Made by a program: the position numbers and the translations under genes
Source of the DNA: Acholeplasma laidlawii PG-8A
Lineage (GTDB): Bacteria > Bacillota_I > Bacilli_A > Acholeplasmatales > Acholeplasmataceae
Assembly (NCBI RefSeq): GCF_000018785.1
Contig: NC_010163.1
Location: 1,170,001 to 1,202,000, forward strand
Reading direction: 5' to 3'
DNA length: 32,000 bases
The notes under the pieces: generated by a model
Databases searched by the model: none
The model's input: only the letters and a program-made list of their open reading frames with translations
Told to the model about the DNA's origin: nothing
In this document: positions 16,726 to 27,042 of the stretch, in pieces
Numbering within the stretch: position 1 is the first letter of the stretch
Layout: each line of letters starts with the position of its first letter

Positions 16726-16760
16726 AATGTTATATTATAGAATTTTAAGGAGGAAATAAT

Positions 16761-18887
16761 ATGCAATTTAACCCAATGGATGATTATTCAAAAGATCCTG
16801 ACATTTTAAAAAAGTTCGGTAGAAATATTGTAGAACTTGTTAAAGAAGGTAAAGTCGACCCAGTGATTGGTCGTGAGGAAGAGATTAGACGTATTATTAA
16901 AATTCTATCTAGAAAAACCAAAAACAACCCTGTTTTAATTGGTGAACCGGGGGTGGGTAAAACAGCGATTGTTGAAGGCTTAGCTAGAAGAATTGTTGAT
17001 AAAGACGTACCTTTAAGTCTGCAAAATAAAATTGTTTATGAACTAGACTTAGCTCAATTAGTTGCTGGTGCAAAATTTAGAGGTGAGTTTGAAGAACGTT
17101 TGAAGGATGTTTTAAATAAGATTAAAGAAAGCGATGGCCAAATCATCTTATTTATTGATGAATTACATAATATTGTAGGTGCTGGTCGTGCAGATGGTGC
17201 AATGGATGCCTCAAACATCTTAAAACCAATGCTTGCACGTGGTGAACTTCACTGTATTGGTGCTACAACATTAAATGAATACCGCTTATATATTGAAAAA
17301 GATAGTGCACTCGAAAGAAGATTTCAAAAGATCACTGTGACTGAACCAACTATGGAAGATACAATTTCTATCTTACGTGGACTTAAAGATCGATTTGAAG
17401 CACATCATGGTGTGCACATCTCTGATGGTGCCATCATCGCTGCTACAAATCTATCAGCACGTTACATTACAGATAGATTCTTACCAGATAAAGCAATCGA
17501 CCTTATTGATGAGGCTTGTGCTTCTATTCGTATGGAAATTGATTCTATGCCAGTGGAACTTGATGATGTTCAAAGAAAAATACTACAACTAGAAATTGAA
17601 AAATCTGCTTTAAGTAAAGAAACAGATACATTAAGTAAAGAGCGTCTATCTAAAATTAAATCTGAGATTGATGATTTAAAATTAGAGGAAGCCAGTCTAA
17701 AAAGTAGATGGGAAAAAGAAAAATCTCAACTTAATTTATCAAAACGCAAAAAAGAAACCTTGGAACAACTTAAAAACGAACTTAATACTGCTTATAACGA
17801 AGGTAACTATTCTAAGGCTGCAGAACTTCAATACTCAAAAATACCTAATCTAGAAAAAGAAATATCTGAATTATCAGATACTTCAACAGATGATAAACTT
17901 CTAACAGAAACTGTTACCCCTGAATCGATTGCTGAAATCGTAAGTAAATGGACCCATATACCTGTAACAAAACTAGTATCAGGTGATAGAGAAAAACTTA
18001 GAAACCTACGTTTAAGCCTAGGTAAACGTGTATTAGGTCAAGATCATGCACTAGAACTGATTAGTAACGCCATATTACGTCATCGTGCAGGTATCAAAGA
18101 TCCAAATAGACCAATTGGTTCATTCTTATTCTTAGGTCCGACTGGTGTTGGTAAAACAGAGGCTGCTAAAGCACTTGCTGAAAATTTATTTGACTCAGAA
18201 AATCATATTGTTCGTATAGATATGTCAGAGTATATGGAATCACATAGTGTCTCTCGTTTAATCGGCGCACCTCCAGGATATGTAGGTTATGATCAAGGCG
18301 GTCAACTTACAGAAAAAATAAGACGTATGCCTTACGCAATCGTCTTATTTGATGAAATTGAAAAGGCACATCCTGAAGTCTTTAATATCCTACTTCAAGT
18401 ATTAGATGATGGTCACTTAACAGATGGACAAGGTCGTACAATAGATTTTAAAAATACTGTCATTATTATGACATCTAACATTGGCAGTCAATATTTACTA
18501 GAAAACGCAAGTGATGCCCAAGAAAAAATAGATAAACTGCTAAAACAATCCTTTAAACCAGAATTTTTAAATAGAATTGATGAAATTATTACATTTAACT
18601 CACTTGGATTTAAAGTTCAAGTGGATATCACAAGAAAACTACTCAATGAACTTTCAGAAAAATTAAAAGAAGAAAACATCTACATTACATTGGGTGAAGA
18701 TGTTCAAAAATACGTTATCAAAAACGGATTTAATGAACAATTTGGTGCAAGACCACTTAAACGTTATATCCAAAGAGACATAGAAACATTTATCGCAAAA
18801 GCAATCATTTCAGAAGATGTACTGCCAAATCATCACTATGAAGTTATTGTAGACAATGATACATTAAACATTAAATTAGTCTCATAA
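16761..18887 (+). CDS. clpB: ATP-dependent chaperone ClpB, lacking the N-terminal domain
   Basis: 708 aa; Walker A motifs GEPGVGKTA and GPTGVGKTE; middle domain; starts directly at the linker/NBD1 ([38 protein letters not shown]). Ribosome-binding site AAGGAGGA. Confidence 0.96.
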   Translation: MQFNPMDDYSKDPDILKKFGRNIVELVKEGKVDPVIGREEEIRRIIKILSRKTKNNPVLIGEPGVGKTAIVEGLARRIVDKDVPLSLQNKIVYELDLAQLVAGAKFRGEFEERLKDVLNKIKESDGQIILFIDELHNIVGAGRADGAMDASNILKPMLARGELHCIGATTLNEYRLYIEKDSALERRFQKITVTEPTMEDTISILRGLKDRFEAHHGVHISDGAIIAATNLSARYITDRFLPDKAIDLIDEACASIRMEIDSMPVELDDVQRKILQLEIEKSALSKETDTLSKERLSKIKSEIDDLKLEEASLKSRWEKEKSQLNLSKRKKETLEQLKNELNTAYNEGNYSKAAELQYSKIPNLEKEISELSDTSTDDKLLTETVTPESIAEIVSKWTHIPVTKLVSGDREKLRNLRLSLGKRVLGQDHALELISNAILRHRAGIKDPNRPIGSFLFLGPTGVGKTEAAKALAENLFDSENHIVRIDMSEYMESHSVSRLIGAPPGYVGYDQGGQLTEKIRRMPYAIVLFDEIEKAHPEVFNILLQVLDDGHLTDGQGRTIDFKNTVIIMTSNIGSQYLLENASDAQEKIDKLLKQSFKPEFLNRIDEIITFNSLGFKVQVDITRKLLNELSEKLKEENIYITLGEDVQKYVIKNGFNEQFGARPLKRYIQRDIETFIAKAIISEDVLPNHHYEVIVDNDTLNIKLVS

Positions 18888-18893
18888 ATTAAA

Positions 18894-18925
18894 ATATCCC
18901 TATCACTAATTTGTGATAGGGATAT
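18894..18925. terminator. Terminator between convergent clpB and ppx/gppA
   Basis: ATATCCCTATCAC-taattt-GTGATAGGGATAT followed by ctttattttt. Confidence 0.85.
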
Positions 18926-18927
18926 CT

Positions 18928-19827
18928 TTATTTTTGGATTTGTTCTAACAAGTAACCTTCTCTAATACCTGATTTACTTACAATAATTTCTTCAATATTA
19001 AAGAAATTCATTAAAGTTTCTAAAATTATTAGACCTGGCATAATCGTATGAATACGTTCTGGAATCATACGAATAATGGATAGATACGTCTTTTTCTTAG
19101 TAGGATCTATCTTTGAAATTAAATCTTGAATGTTTTGACGTGTTAACTTATCAAACTTCTTTTGGTAAAAGTTTTGTAGTAAAACAAGGCTTGCTTGAAC
19201 AGTTCCACCTATACCATAAGCTACTTTCACATCTACTTTATCTACTTTATGTAGTTTTAATGCTGCAACGACTGCAGATGAAATACGTTCTACTTCATGT
19301 GTAGTTGGAAAAATTTCTTTGACATAGGTAATATAGGTGTTTAATGACCCTAAATTAAGCGATACAGAGTCTTTAAGCTTACCATCAGTTACGAGTGATA
19401 ACTCTGTGGAACCACCACCAATATCAACAATTAACCCTCTATCAATTTTGTGATTAAGTGATACACCTTTATAGCCATAATAGCCTTCTTTTTCTTCATC
19501 TAGTAGTTCTACTTTCATCCCTGATGCTGTTTTAATACGGGTTAAGATTTCATTTTGATTACGTGCTTCTCTAATCGTTGCAGTCGCAATCATAAATAGT
19601 TTTTCTAATTTATAACTTTGACTTACTTCCATAAAATCTTTAACAACTCGAATCACAGAATCGATACCTAAATCAGATAAATAGCCTTCGGGTAATAAGT
19701 AACTCGCTAAACCTACAACTTCTCTTTTTGAAAATATATTGGTTAGTTTATGATTCTCATACGTAAATATTTCTAACCTAAGTGAATTAGATCCTAAATC
19801 AATAATGCCATAGTTCATATTAATCAC
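18928..19827 (-). CDS. Exopolyphosphatase / guanosine pentaphosphate phosphatase (Ppx/GppA family)
   Basis: 299 aa; IIDLGSNSLRLEIF, GLIVDIGGGSTELSLV, AYGIGGTVQA. Confidence 0.88.
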   Translation of the reverse strand: MINMNYGIIDLGSNSLRLEIFTYENHKLTNIFSKREVVGLASYLLPEGYLSDLGIDSVIRVVKDFMEVSQSYKLEKLFMIATATIREARNQNEILTRIKTASGMKVELLDEEKEGYYGYKGVSLNHKIDRGLIVDIGGGSTELSLVTDGKLKDSVSLNLGSLNTYITYVKEIFPTTHEVERISSAVVAALKLHKVDKVDVKVAYGIGGTVQASLVLLQNFYQKKFDKLTRQNIQDLISKIDPTKKKTYLSIIRMIPERIHTIMPGLIILETLMNFFNIEEIIVSKSGIREGYLLEQIQK

Positions 19828-19942
19828 CGCCCCTTTAATTATATAATATCAAAGAACATGTATTTTGTGTGTATGTTTTACATATAAATGATTTGAAAAT
19901 ATGCTAAATACTTGGTATCATTAACTAAAGGAGATTTAAACA

Positions 19943-20626
19943 ATGAAAAAAACATATAATCTAGGTTTACTAACAGGTGGTATTTCTTTAATGCTCGCAC
20001 TGATTGCCTCATTTGTGCTACAGGATTACTTTTCAGAATCTTTTCTGACATTGAGCTTCACATTTGATACCTTTATATTAATTGCAGTCGCATTTATGCT
20101 CATCTTACAATTCAAATCATTTGATAAGATTGCTGCAATCGTATTGGTCATATATGGTGCCTTTAATATTCTTTATGGTATCGTAGGAAGTCAGACATTA
20201 TCTGATGTGATCAATTCAACTGAACTTGAAGTGATCTTCATCTTAGGGTTATTATTAGGACACGTCTTATTTGAAATTGCTGTACTCTTTGTACTACTTC
20301 ACTTAACTCAACAAAGATTTGAGTATAAGTTCACTAAGAAGTTTGTGATTGTAGCACTATCAGTTTCACTTCTGTTACTTATTGCGATTTCACCACTTGT
20401 AACATTTATGACTTTTCAATCGATTATTCGTATGGTGTTCTCTATTATTTCTATTATCGCGTTGTATTTTTGTATCCAACAAATGGTTACAGATACACCG
20501 ATTGTAGTTGAAGCACCTGCTAAAGCAGTACCAAACAAAAGATTAGAGTTATCTAAGTTATACGAACGTGGTATCATCACTCAAGAAGAGTATCAAACAA
20601 GACTAGATTTAATCGATAAAGAATAA
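19943..20626 (+). CDS. Multi-pass membrane protein with C-terminal SHOCT-like motif
   Basis: 227 aa; several hydrophobic helices; C-terminus LELSKLYERGIITQEEYQTRLDLIDKE. Confidence 0.75.
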   Translation: MKKTYNLGLLTGGISLMLALIASFVLQDYFSESFLTLSFTFDTFILIAVAFMLILQFKSFDKIAAIVLVIYGAFNILYGIVGSQTLSDVINSTELEVIFILGLLLGHVLFEIAVLFVLLHLTQQRFEYKFTKKFVIVALSVSLLLLIAISPLVTFMTFQSIIRMVFSIISIIALYFCIQQMVTDTPIVVEAPAKAVPNKRLELSKLYERGIITQEEYQTRLDLIDKE

Positions 20627-20636
20627 TTAAAAAAAG

Positions 20637-20675
20637 AAACTGCGTTATACCTTAAATTAGGGTATAACGCAGTTT
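20637..20675. terminator. Bidirectional intrinsic terminator between convergent genes
   Basis: AAACTGCGTTATACC-cttaaatta/g-GGTATAACGCAGTTT (15-bp stem), T-runs on both strands. Confidence 0.88.
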
Positions 20676-20676
20676 T

Positions 20677-22287
20677 TTATTTGGATAGAATGATTTCATT
20701 TAATTGTGATACTTCAAGTGGTTTATAATAATAAAAACCTTGGACATAGTCTACATCATGTAGTTTTAATATATCAATTTGTTCAATGGTTTCAACACCT
20801 TCTAAAACTATCTTTTTAGACATCGCATGCGATAAGTCTAAAACAAACTTTAAGAAATGTCTTTCAGTTGGTGATTTATCAATTTTGGCGATAAAGTCCT
20901 TATCCATTTTAATAATGTCTACTGGTAAATGTTTAAAGTAAGTTAATGAAGAATATCCACTTCCAAAATCATCTAATGCGACTAAAAAACCTTTCTCTTT
21001 GAGTTGTTTTAAGACGATGATTGTTTGATCAATATTTTCAAGTGCCATCGATTCAGTGATTTCAATAATCACTTGTTTATGATCGATTTCATGTTTTTTG
21101 ATGTAACTTCCAATATCTTCTATGAATGTTGGATGCATCAATACCTTGGGTGAAATATTAATATCTACTGTAAAGTGTTTACCCATTTCATTCCAAGTTT
21201 TAATTTGACCAAATACCTTATCATATAAAAAGTGTGTAAGTTCTAAAATAGAACCCGATATTTCAGATAGATATATAAAATTATTTGGTGGAATATAACC
21301 CATGGATGGGTGATTCCATCTAAGTAGTGCTTCTAACTTTCTAATTTCACCTGATTTAAAATCTAGAATTGGTTGATAGACTACATAAAATTCATTGTTT
21401 TGAAGTGAAGGTTTGATGGCATTTGTAATTTCATATTCACGTTCTTTGGATTCATGCATAAAGGTATTATAAATCACTACTTGGTCTTTACCGTTTTTCT
21501 TTGCAGCTGATAATGCAAGATTAGCATATCTTAAGATATCTCCATATACCAGTCCGTGATCTGGATAGATAGCAACCCCTGCAGATGCTGAGTAAAAGTA
21601 AGCTTCACTTTGTTTAGACATTAAGTTTTTTACTTTGTTGATACTTAAATCCGCAAGTGTCTTAATTTCATCTAGATGTTCAAATTGATAGAATACTAGA
21701 ACAAATGAATCTTCGCTCATTCGAGCTACAATATGTTCCTTACCAACCTTCGTAAGTTCTTTAGCAATGAGTAATAATGCCTCATCACCCCATTTATGCC
21801 CTTTTAATTCGTTGATTGCACCAAAGTCATCAATATCTAGATAAAGCAGCGCAAAAGGTGTTCTATTTTGAATTAAACGGTTAACCTTAATCTCTAATCG
21901 GTTACGATTGATTAAGCCCGTTAAAGCATCGAAATAGGCTAAATTGAAGTGTTTTTCTTCTAAGGTGGTCAGTTGTTTATTTTGATATTCTAATTCAAAT
22001 AGAACCTTTTTTAATTGTTCATTATTTGATAAGTACTTCTTAACTCTTCTATACACAATAATATAATAGACCAGGCCAATAAGACCCAGAGAAATAAAGC
22101 CCTTGAGAGTTTGAATCACTTGAGCGGTGTTTGGATCTGTTACATACTCTAAAATCAACCAATCACTAAACCATATATATGCATAAGCACATATAAAGTA
22201 TGCTAATGTGATTTCAGTTGATTCCCTAAACGCTGATTTTACTTTTTTTTCATCCTGATGAACATTATTTTGCATTTGTAACTCCAT
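20677..22287 (-). CDS. Membrane-anchored GGDEF-EAL protein; probable c-di-GMP phosphodiesterase with degenerate GGDEF motif
   Basis: 536 aa; two N-terminal TM segments; GGDEF domain with motif RMSEDSF; EAL domain with LEALLRW, NISPK, EITES, LDDFGSGYSSL, IKMDKDFI, EGVETIEQ and QGFYYYKPL. Confidence 0.92.
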   Translation of the reverse strand: MELQMQNNVHQDEKKVKSAFRESTEITLAYFICAYAYIWFSDWLILEYVTDPNTAQVIQTLKGFISLGLIGLVYYIIVYRRVKKYLSNNEQLKKVLFELEYQNKQLTTLEEKHFNLAYFDALTGLINRNRLEIKVNRLIQNRTPFALLYLDIDDFGAINELKGHKWGDEALLLIAKELTKVGKEHIVARMSEDSFVLVFYQFEHLDEIKTLADLSINKVKNLMSKQSEAYFYSASAGVAIYPDHGLVYGDILRYANLALSAAKKNGKDQVVIYNTFMHESKEREYEITNAIKPSLQNNEFYVVYQPILDFKSGEIRKLEALLRWNHPSMGYIPPNNFIYLSEISGSILELTHFLYDKVFGQIKTWNEMGKHFTVDINISPKVLMHPTFIEDIGSYIKKHEIDHKQVIIEITESMALENIDQTIIVLKQLKEKGFLVALDDFGSGYSSLTYFKHLPVDIIKMDKDFIAKIDKSPTERHFLKFVLDLSHAMSKKIVLEGVETIEQIDILKLHDVDYVQGFYYYKPLEVSQLNEIILSK

Positions 22288-22335
22288 TAGTTTGTATAGT
22301 GTAAGTTAAGTGAATTAAGACAGTTATTTATGATT

Positions 22336-22710
22336 TTAAATATTTTCTAAAATTGCTTTACGGCGTGCTTCATATTCTTCTCTTGAAATCACACCACGGT
22401 CAAATAATCCGTCTAATTGTTTTAGTTTTTGTTCTACAGTTACTGGTTCTGTGTCTGTTGAACTTACACCAGTTCCAGCGAGTAAACCAAATATGCCACC
22501 AATTGTTGAAGTGAATATTAAGTAAATACTATAGTTTGTAACTTGTTCTTTTGTTGCTTCACCTTTTTTAGCTTTATCAAATACTGATGCAGCTTTAAAG
22601 TTAAAGTATGCTAGAACTAGTGGGAAGATTAATAATCCGCCCGGGAAAATAAATAAAACCCCTGAAATAATTGCGAATACTTGTGCTACTGTTAAGAATG
22701 TTTTGTTCAT
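22336..22710 (-). CDS. Small membrane protein with C-terminal SHOCT-like motif
   Basis: 124 aa; two hydrophobic segments; LKQLDGLFDRGVISREEYEARRKAILENI. Confidence 0.7.
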   Translation of the reverse strand: MNKTFLTVAQVFAIISGVLFIFPGGLLIFPLVLAYFNFKAASVFDKAKKGEATKEQVTNYSIYLIFTSTIGGIFGLLAGTGVSSTDTEPVTVEQKLKQLDGLFDRGVISREEYEARRKAILENI

Positions 22711-22724
22711 GTTTTTTGCCCCTT

Positions 22725-23159
22725 TTAGACACTTTCTATTATTTTTTTACGTCGTTCATGGTACTCATCTAAAGTGATTAAACCCTTATCAAACAAGTTA
22801 TCTAGGTCTTTTAATCTTTTTTCTAATGATGAACTTTCGCTTTGAGTTTGGCCATTATCTTCAAGCAGTACACCAAGTAGTGCAAAGACACCACCAAGAA
22901 TATTAGATGTCAGTAATAAGATAATACTGTATATGATAATTTCAGTTTTCATATATGGATTGTCTTTGGCTTGTCCAATTCTAATAAACACAAAGATGTT
23001 AAATCCCACAATGATAAACATCACCAAACCAACGATATTGAAGGTGACATCACTTTCAATTTGGCCTAAAACAAACATAAAGATTAGTGCATAAATACCT
23101 ATCACTGCAGCAGCGATAGCTACAAACACCTGAGATATTGTTAATAACGTTTTATTCAT
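22725..23159 (-). CDS. Small membrane protein with C-terminal SHOCT-like motif
   Basis: 144 aa; LEKRLKDLDNLFDKGLITLDEYHERRKKIIESV. Paralogue-like to 22336-22710. Confidence 0.7.
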   Translation of the reverse strand: MNKTLLTISQVFVAIAAAVIGIYALIFMFVLGQIESDVTFNIVGLVMFIIVGFNIFVFIRIGQAKDNPYMKTEIIIYSIILLLTSNILGGVFALLGVLLEDNGQTQSESSSLEKRLKDLDNLFDKGLITLDEYHERRKKIIESV

Positions 23160-23236
23160 TTAGAATAATCCCCTTTCGTACGTACATAAATTATTATATT
23201 ATAATTCGTTCGATATTTCAAAAATAATTGATAATT

Positions 23237-23896
23237 TTATTTTATAACTGCATGTATCCAATTAGGAACATAGGCTGATGTACAACCAGGAGCGACTTTC
23301 ATATCTTTATAAACACCTAATTCTTCTGATAAATTTAATACTTTTGTTCTATATGCTTCATAAGTAATGCCTATTTGTGCAAAGCATCGATTCATCATCC
23401 ACTGAGCTTTAGGTGTTTCATCCACTAAGTTGCGTTGTATGTTGTCTAAAAGATAAAGAACTTCATTATCATCTATTATCTTTAGACGAACACGTTCGAC
23501 GTTAATCGCCCAAAGTGCACGTTTTAACATATCAGAGTCACTATCCTTTAACATATCATACAACACATCTACTTCTTCAATCAAGGTAACTACTCTAAAC
23601 ATAAAATCATCGAGTACTTGATCAAATGTGATAATACCTAACACATCATATGCTTCTTTAGCACTTAATTTAGATACATCAAACAGCATGACAGCAAGTA
23701 GCATAGCATCTGTATTTAATGTATGCATAAGTTTAAATGCTAGATCATGATGGGTACCTATTTTTTTAGCATAAGCTCTTAAATAACCTAATAATACACC
23801 ATAGGTATTTTCACTTGCACCGGCTTTTAATAAACTCTTTTTTCTAGAAGCGTTAGAGTTTAATTTCAAATCATTCATTACTTGTTCTAATGTCAT
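23237..23896 (-). CDS. DNA alkylation repair enzyme-like protein (AlkD/COG4912-like)
   Basis: 219 aa; helical-repeat composition; WMMNRCFAQIG and VAPGCTSAYVPNWIHAVIK resemble the family C-terminus. Confidence 0.65.
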   Translation of the reverse strand: MTLEQVMNDLKLNSNASRKKSLLKAGASENTYGVLLGYLRAYAKKIGTHHDLAFKLMHTLNTDAMLLAVMLFDVSKLSAKEAYDVLGIITFDQVLDDFMFRVVTLIEEVDVLYDMLKDSDSDMLKRALWAINVERVRLKIIDDNEVLYLLDNIQRNLVDETPKAQWMMNRCFAQIGITYEAYRTKVLNLSEELGVYKDMKVAPGCTSAYVPNWIHAVIK

Positions 23897-23988
23897 TGTA
23901 TGATTCCTTTCAAATTTAAACTACTTTGATTATATCCTTATGGAATGAAAAAAGTACATTGATATGATCAATATACTTTTTGTGTTGA

Positions 23989-24198
23989 TTATTTAATCTC
24001 TTTAACTTCGTAACCAAGAGTATGAATTGTATCTAAAATAACATCATGATTAACTGGGTCTTTAGTCTTTAGAACTGCAAAACCTTTATCAAGATTCACT
24101 TTAGCAGATTGAACACCTTCAACTGTTGAAAGTGATTTTTCCACCTTAGCCATACAATTTTTACAATGCATACCATCAATGTATACTGTTGTTTTCAT
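23989..24198 (-). CDS. copZ: Heavy-metal-associated domain copper chaperone (CopZ-like)
   Basis: 69 aa; HMA motif GMHCKNCMAKVEKSLSTVEGVQSAKVNLDKG; immediately downstream of copA. Confidence 0.88.
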   Translation of the reverse strand: MKTTVYIDGMHCKNCMAKVEKSLSTVEGVQSAKVNLDKGFAVLKTKDPVNHDVILDTIHTLGYEVKEIK

Positions 24199-24201
24199 AG
24201 T

Positions 24202-26448
24202 TTATCCTTTCTTTACGATCGGTTTAAATCGTTTTAGTCTTAATGCATTTGCAAGTACTGAAACAGAACTTAGACTCATTGCTGCTGCAGCAAACATAGG
24301 ATTTAATAGTGGTCCACCAAATAGATGTAATACGCCCATTGCTATAGGTATACCAAGTACATTATACCCGAATGCCCAAAATAAGTTTTCTTTAATGTTC
24401 TTAATTGTTTTTTGACTTAAATGAATTGCATTTGCAACATCCAATAAATCATTTTTTACTAATACAATATCCGCAGATTCTATCGCAACATCCGTACCAC
24501 TTCCAATAGCGATACCTACATCAGCTTTGACAAGTGCTGGTGCATCATTTATACCATCACCAACCATAGCCACTTTTTTACCACTATTTTGAAGTTTTTC
24601 AACCTCGTTTGCTTTATCTTCTGGTAAGACCTCAGATAAGACTAAATCAATGCCTATTTGTTTTGCTATTGCATCTGCAGTGAGTTTATTATCACCTGTG
24701 ATCATAACAACTTCTACACCCATTTGATGGAGTTTATCAATGGCTTGTTTAGAGGTTGGTTTGATGGTGTCTGCAACTGCAATCATACCTGCTAACTTTT
24801 GATTGATTGCTACAAACATTGGTGTCTTACCTTGGTTAGCTAAGTTTTCTGATTGATCAAATAATTCTGATAAATCGATAGCTTGTTCTTTCATAAGTTT
24901 TAGGTTACCTAGTAGAATAACTTGGTCTTCTATCACCACTTCAATACCATGTCCTGGTATGGCATGGAATTTAGAAGGTGTAGTCAGTTCAATACCCTTA
25001 GATGTCGCATCTAGTACAATCGCTTCACCTAATGGATGCTCTGATCCTTTTTCTGCGGATGCAGCTAGTCTTAGAAGATTTAGTCCATCGATTTCACTTG
25101 TTGTAATGATATCTGTAACAACCGGTTTACCTTGTGTAATAGTTCCTGTTTTATCTAGAATCACTGTATCTACTTTGTGAAGTGTTTCAAGTGATGCACC
25201 ACCTTTAATTAAAACACCATACTCAGCACCTTTACCTGTACCAATCATAATTGCGGTTGGTGTTGCAAGTCCAAGTGCACAAGGACATGCAATCACTAAA
25301 ACTGCGATAAAGATTGTCATTGAAAAGTTTAGGTCTTGACCACCAAATATATACCAAAGTAATCCTGAGATGATAGCAAGTACAATAACAACCGGTACAA
25401 AGTATCCACTAATAATATCTGCTAGTTTTGCAATTGGAGCTTTAGAACTTTGAGCATCTTCTACAAGTTTAATAATTTGAGCAAGTGCTGTATCTTTACC
25501 TATTTTAGTTGCCTTATAATGAATTGTTCCAAACTTATTAATACTTGCACCTACAACCAAATCACCAATTTGCTTTTCTACTGGAATAGATTCACCTGTC
25601 AACATCGATTCATCAATTGATGTGTGACCAAAAGTGACAACACCATCTACAGGAAGTTTATCCCCTGGTTTAACAACGATTATATCGCCTACAACCACAT
25701 CTTCAATAGCAACCCTTACCTCAATGCCATTTCTTAGAATAGTTGCTTCCTTTGGTGCTAAACCAATTAACTTTTTTATTGCAGCAGATGTTTTACCAAT
25801 AGAAATAGATTCTAAGTATTTACCTAATGTAATAAGTGTTAGAATCACTGCAGCTGATTCAAAATATAAATCGTGTACAAAATGATGATTTCCGTTAATA
25901 ATCATAATGAGTGCATATACACCATATATATAGGCTGCAGAGGTTCCAATAGCAATTAATGAATCCATATTAGGGCTTAGTTTAAAAAGTGTTTTAAAAC
26001 CTATTTTAAAGAACGGATACCCAATAATCATGACTGGTGTTGTTAGAATAATTTGTATAATCGTAAAATTTAGGGGACTTAGGTCAGGATGCATAAAATC
26101 CGGTAACCACAATCCGATCATAGGACCCATTGCAATATATAGTAACGGTAATGTAAAAATTGCGGATACCAAAAATCTAGTCCATAAGTTCTTAATTTCT
26201 TGTTCTTTTCTCAGTTGATGCTCATCTGCCGTTTCTGTTTCTGTTAAAACTTCATAGCCAACAGCTTTTACAGCCTTTTTAACATCTTCGATAGAAACTT
26301 TATCCATATCATAATCAAAGGTTAACTTTTCGGTTGTTAAATTGACATTGACATTTGTTATACCCTCTAGTTTAGCTGTTGCTTTTTCAACAGATGCTAC
26401 ACAGGATGCACATGTCATACCTTTAACACTTAAATTTTCATGTTTCAT
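24202..26448 (-). CDS. copA: Copper-translocating P1B-type ATPase
   Basis: 748 aa; N-terminal [56 protein letters not shown]. Confidence 0.95.
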   Translation of the reverse strand: MKHENLSVKGMTCASCVASVEKATAKLEGITNVNVNLTTEKLTFDYDMDKVSIEDVKKAVKAVGYEVLTETETADEHQLRKEQEIKNLWTRFLVSAIFTLPLLYIAMGPMIGLWLPDFMHPDLSPLNFTIIQIILTTPVMIIGYPFFKIGFKTLFKLSPNMDSLIAIGTSAAYIYGVYALIMIINGNHHFVHDLYFESAAVILTLITLGKYLESISIGKTSAAIKKLIGLAPKEATILRNGIEVRVAIEDVVVGDIIVVKPGDKLPVDGVVTFGHTSIDESMLTGESIPVEKQIGDLVVGASINKFGTIHYKATKIGKDTALAQIIKLVEDAQSSKAPIAKLADIISGYFVPVVIVLAIISGLLWYIFGGQDLNFSMTIFIAVLVIACPCALGLATPTAIMIGTGKGAEYGVLIKGGASLETLHKVDTVILDKTGTITQGKPVVTDIITTSEIDGLNLLRLAASAEKGSEHPLGEAIVLDATSKGIELTTPSKFHAIPGHGIEVVIEDQVILLGNLKLMKEQAIDLSELFDQSENLANQGKTPMFVAINQKLAGMIAVADTIKPTSKQAIDKLHQMGVEVVMITGDNKLTADAIAKQIGIDLVLSEVLPEDKANEVEKLQNSGKKVAMVGDGINDAPALVKADVGIAIGSGTDVAIESADIVLVKNDLLDVANAIHLSQKTIKNIKENLFWAFGYNVLGIPIAMGVLHLFGGPLLNPMFAAAAMSLSSVSVLANALRLKRFKPIVKKG

Positions 26449-26468
26449 CTAATCACCTTATCTTTCTC

Positions 26469-26489
26469 ATACCCCTATGTAGGGGGTAT
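26469..26489 (-). promoter_or_regulatory. CsoR-like copper-responsive operator upstream of copA
   Basis: Pseudo-palindrome ATACCCCTATGTAGGGGGTAT, directly downstream of a minus-strand promoter (TTGACA 26523-26518, N18, TAAGAT 26499-26494). Confidence 0.75.
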
Positions 26490-26587
26490 ATATATCTTAC
26501 AATAGTAACTACCAATTTGTCAAGGAGCTGGCATTATAAATATAAAAAAAAGACCTTTATCAGATCTCATCATTTGTAAATTAATGG

Positions 26588-26659
26588 AGCGGGTGAGCGG
26601 AATCGAACCGCCGTCTTCAGCTTGGAAGGCTGGGGTAATAACCATTATACGACACCCGC
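26588..26659 (-). tRNA. tRNA-Gly (TCC)
   Basis: GCGGGTGTCGTATAATGGTTATTACCCCAGCCTTCCAAGCTGAAGACGGCGGTTCGATTCCGCTCACCCGCT, followed by CCA. Confidence 0.95.
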
Positions 26660-26670
26660 AAGTAAAATGG

Positions 26671-26744
26671 TCGGGAAGACAGGATTTGAACCTGCGGCCC
26701 CTTGGTCCCAAACCAAGTGCTCCACCAAGCTGAGCTACTTCCCG
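26671..26744 (-). tRNA. tRNA-Pro (TGG)
   Basis: CGGGAAGTAGCTCAGCTTGGTGGAGCACTTGGTTTGGGACCAAGGGGCCGCAGGTTCAAATCCTGTCTTCCCGA, followed by CCA. Confidence 0.95.
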
Positions 26745-26805
26745 ATTACTTTGTCGCGCTAAATAATTGTATCAAAGTTTTTTTACTTTGTCAATCATTA
26801 AATGG

Positions 26806-26879
26806 CGCACCCAAGAGGACTTGAACCCCTAACCTTTTGATCCGTAGTCAAACGCTCTATCCAATTGAGCTATGGGTGC
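26806..26879 (-). tRNA. tRNA-Arg (ACG)
   Basis: GCACCCATAGCTCAATTGGATAGAGCGTTTGACTACGGATCAAAAGGTTAGGGGTTCAAGTCCTCTTGGGTGCG, followed by CCA. Confidence 0.94.
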
Positions 26880-26890
26880 AAATAAAGTGG

Positions 26891-26963
26891 TGACCCGTAC
26901 GGGATTCGAACCCGTGAGTGCATGCGTGAAAGGCATGTGAGTTAACCGTTTCTCCAACGGGCC
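26891..26963 (-). tRNA. tRNA-Glu (TTC)
   Basis: GGCCCGTTGGAGAAACGGTTAACTCACATGCCTTTCACGCATGCACTCACGGGTTCGAATCCCGTACGGGTCA, followed by CCA. Confidence 0.94.
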
Positions 26964-27042
26964 ACTTAATGCGCATGTATAATTATATCAACTTATTATG
27001 ATTTGTCAACAATTAAATGACATTTTTTTTGATTTGTAGCAA

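Noticed and set aside
17377-17592. 71-aa + ORF in clpB
   Set aside because: Out-of-frame shadow of clpB; similar shadows at 15789-16019, 19113-19304, 24179-24415, 24959-25180, 25634-25885, 26030-26218 and 29778-29978.
26520-26711. 63-aa minus ORF
   Set aside because: Runs through tRNA-Gly and into tRNA-Pro; not a protein gene.
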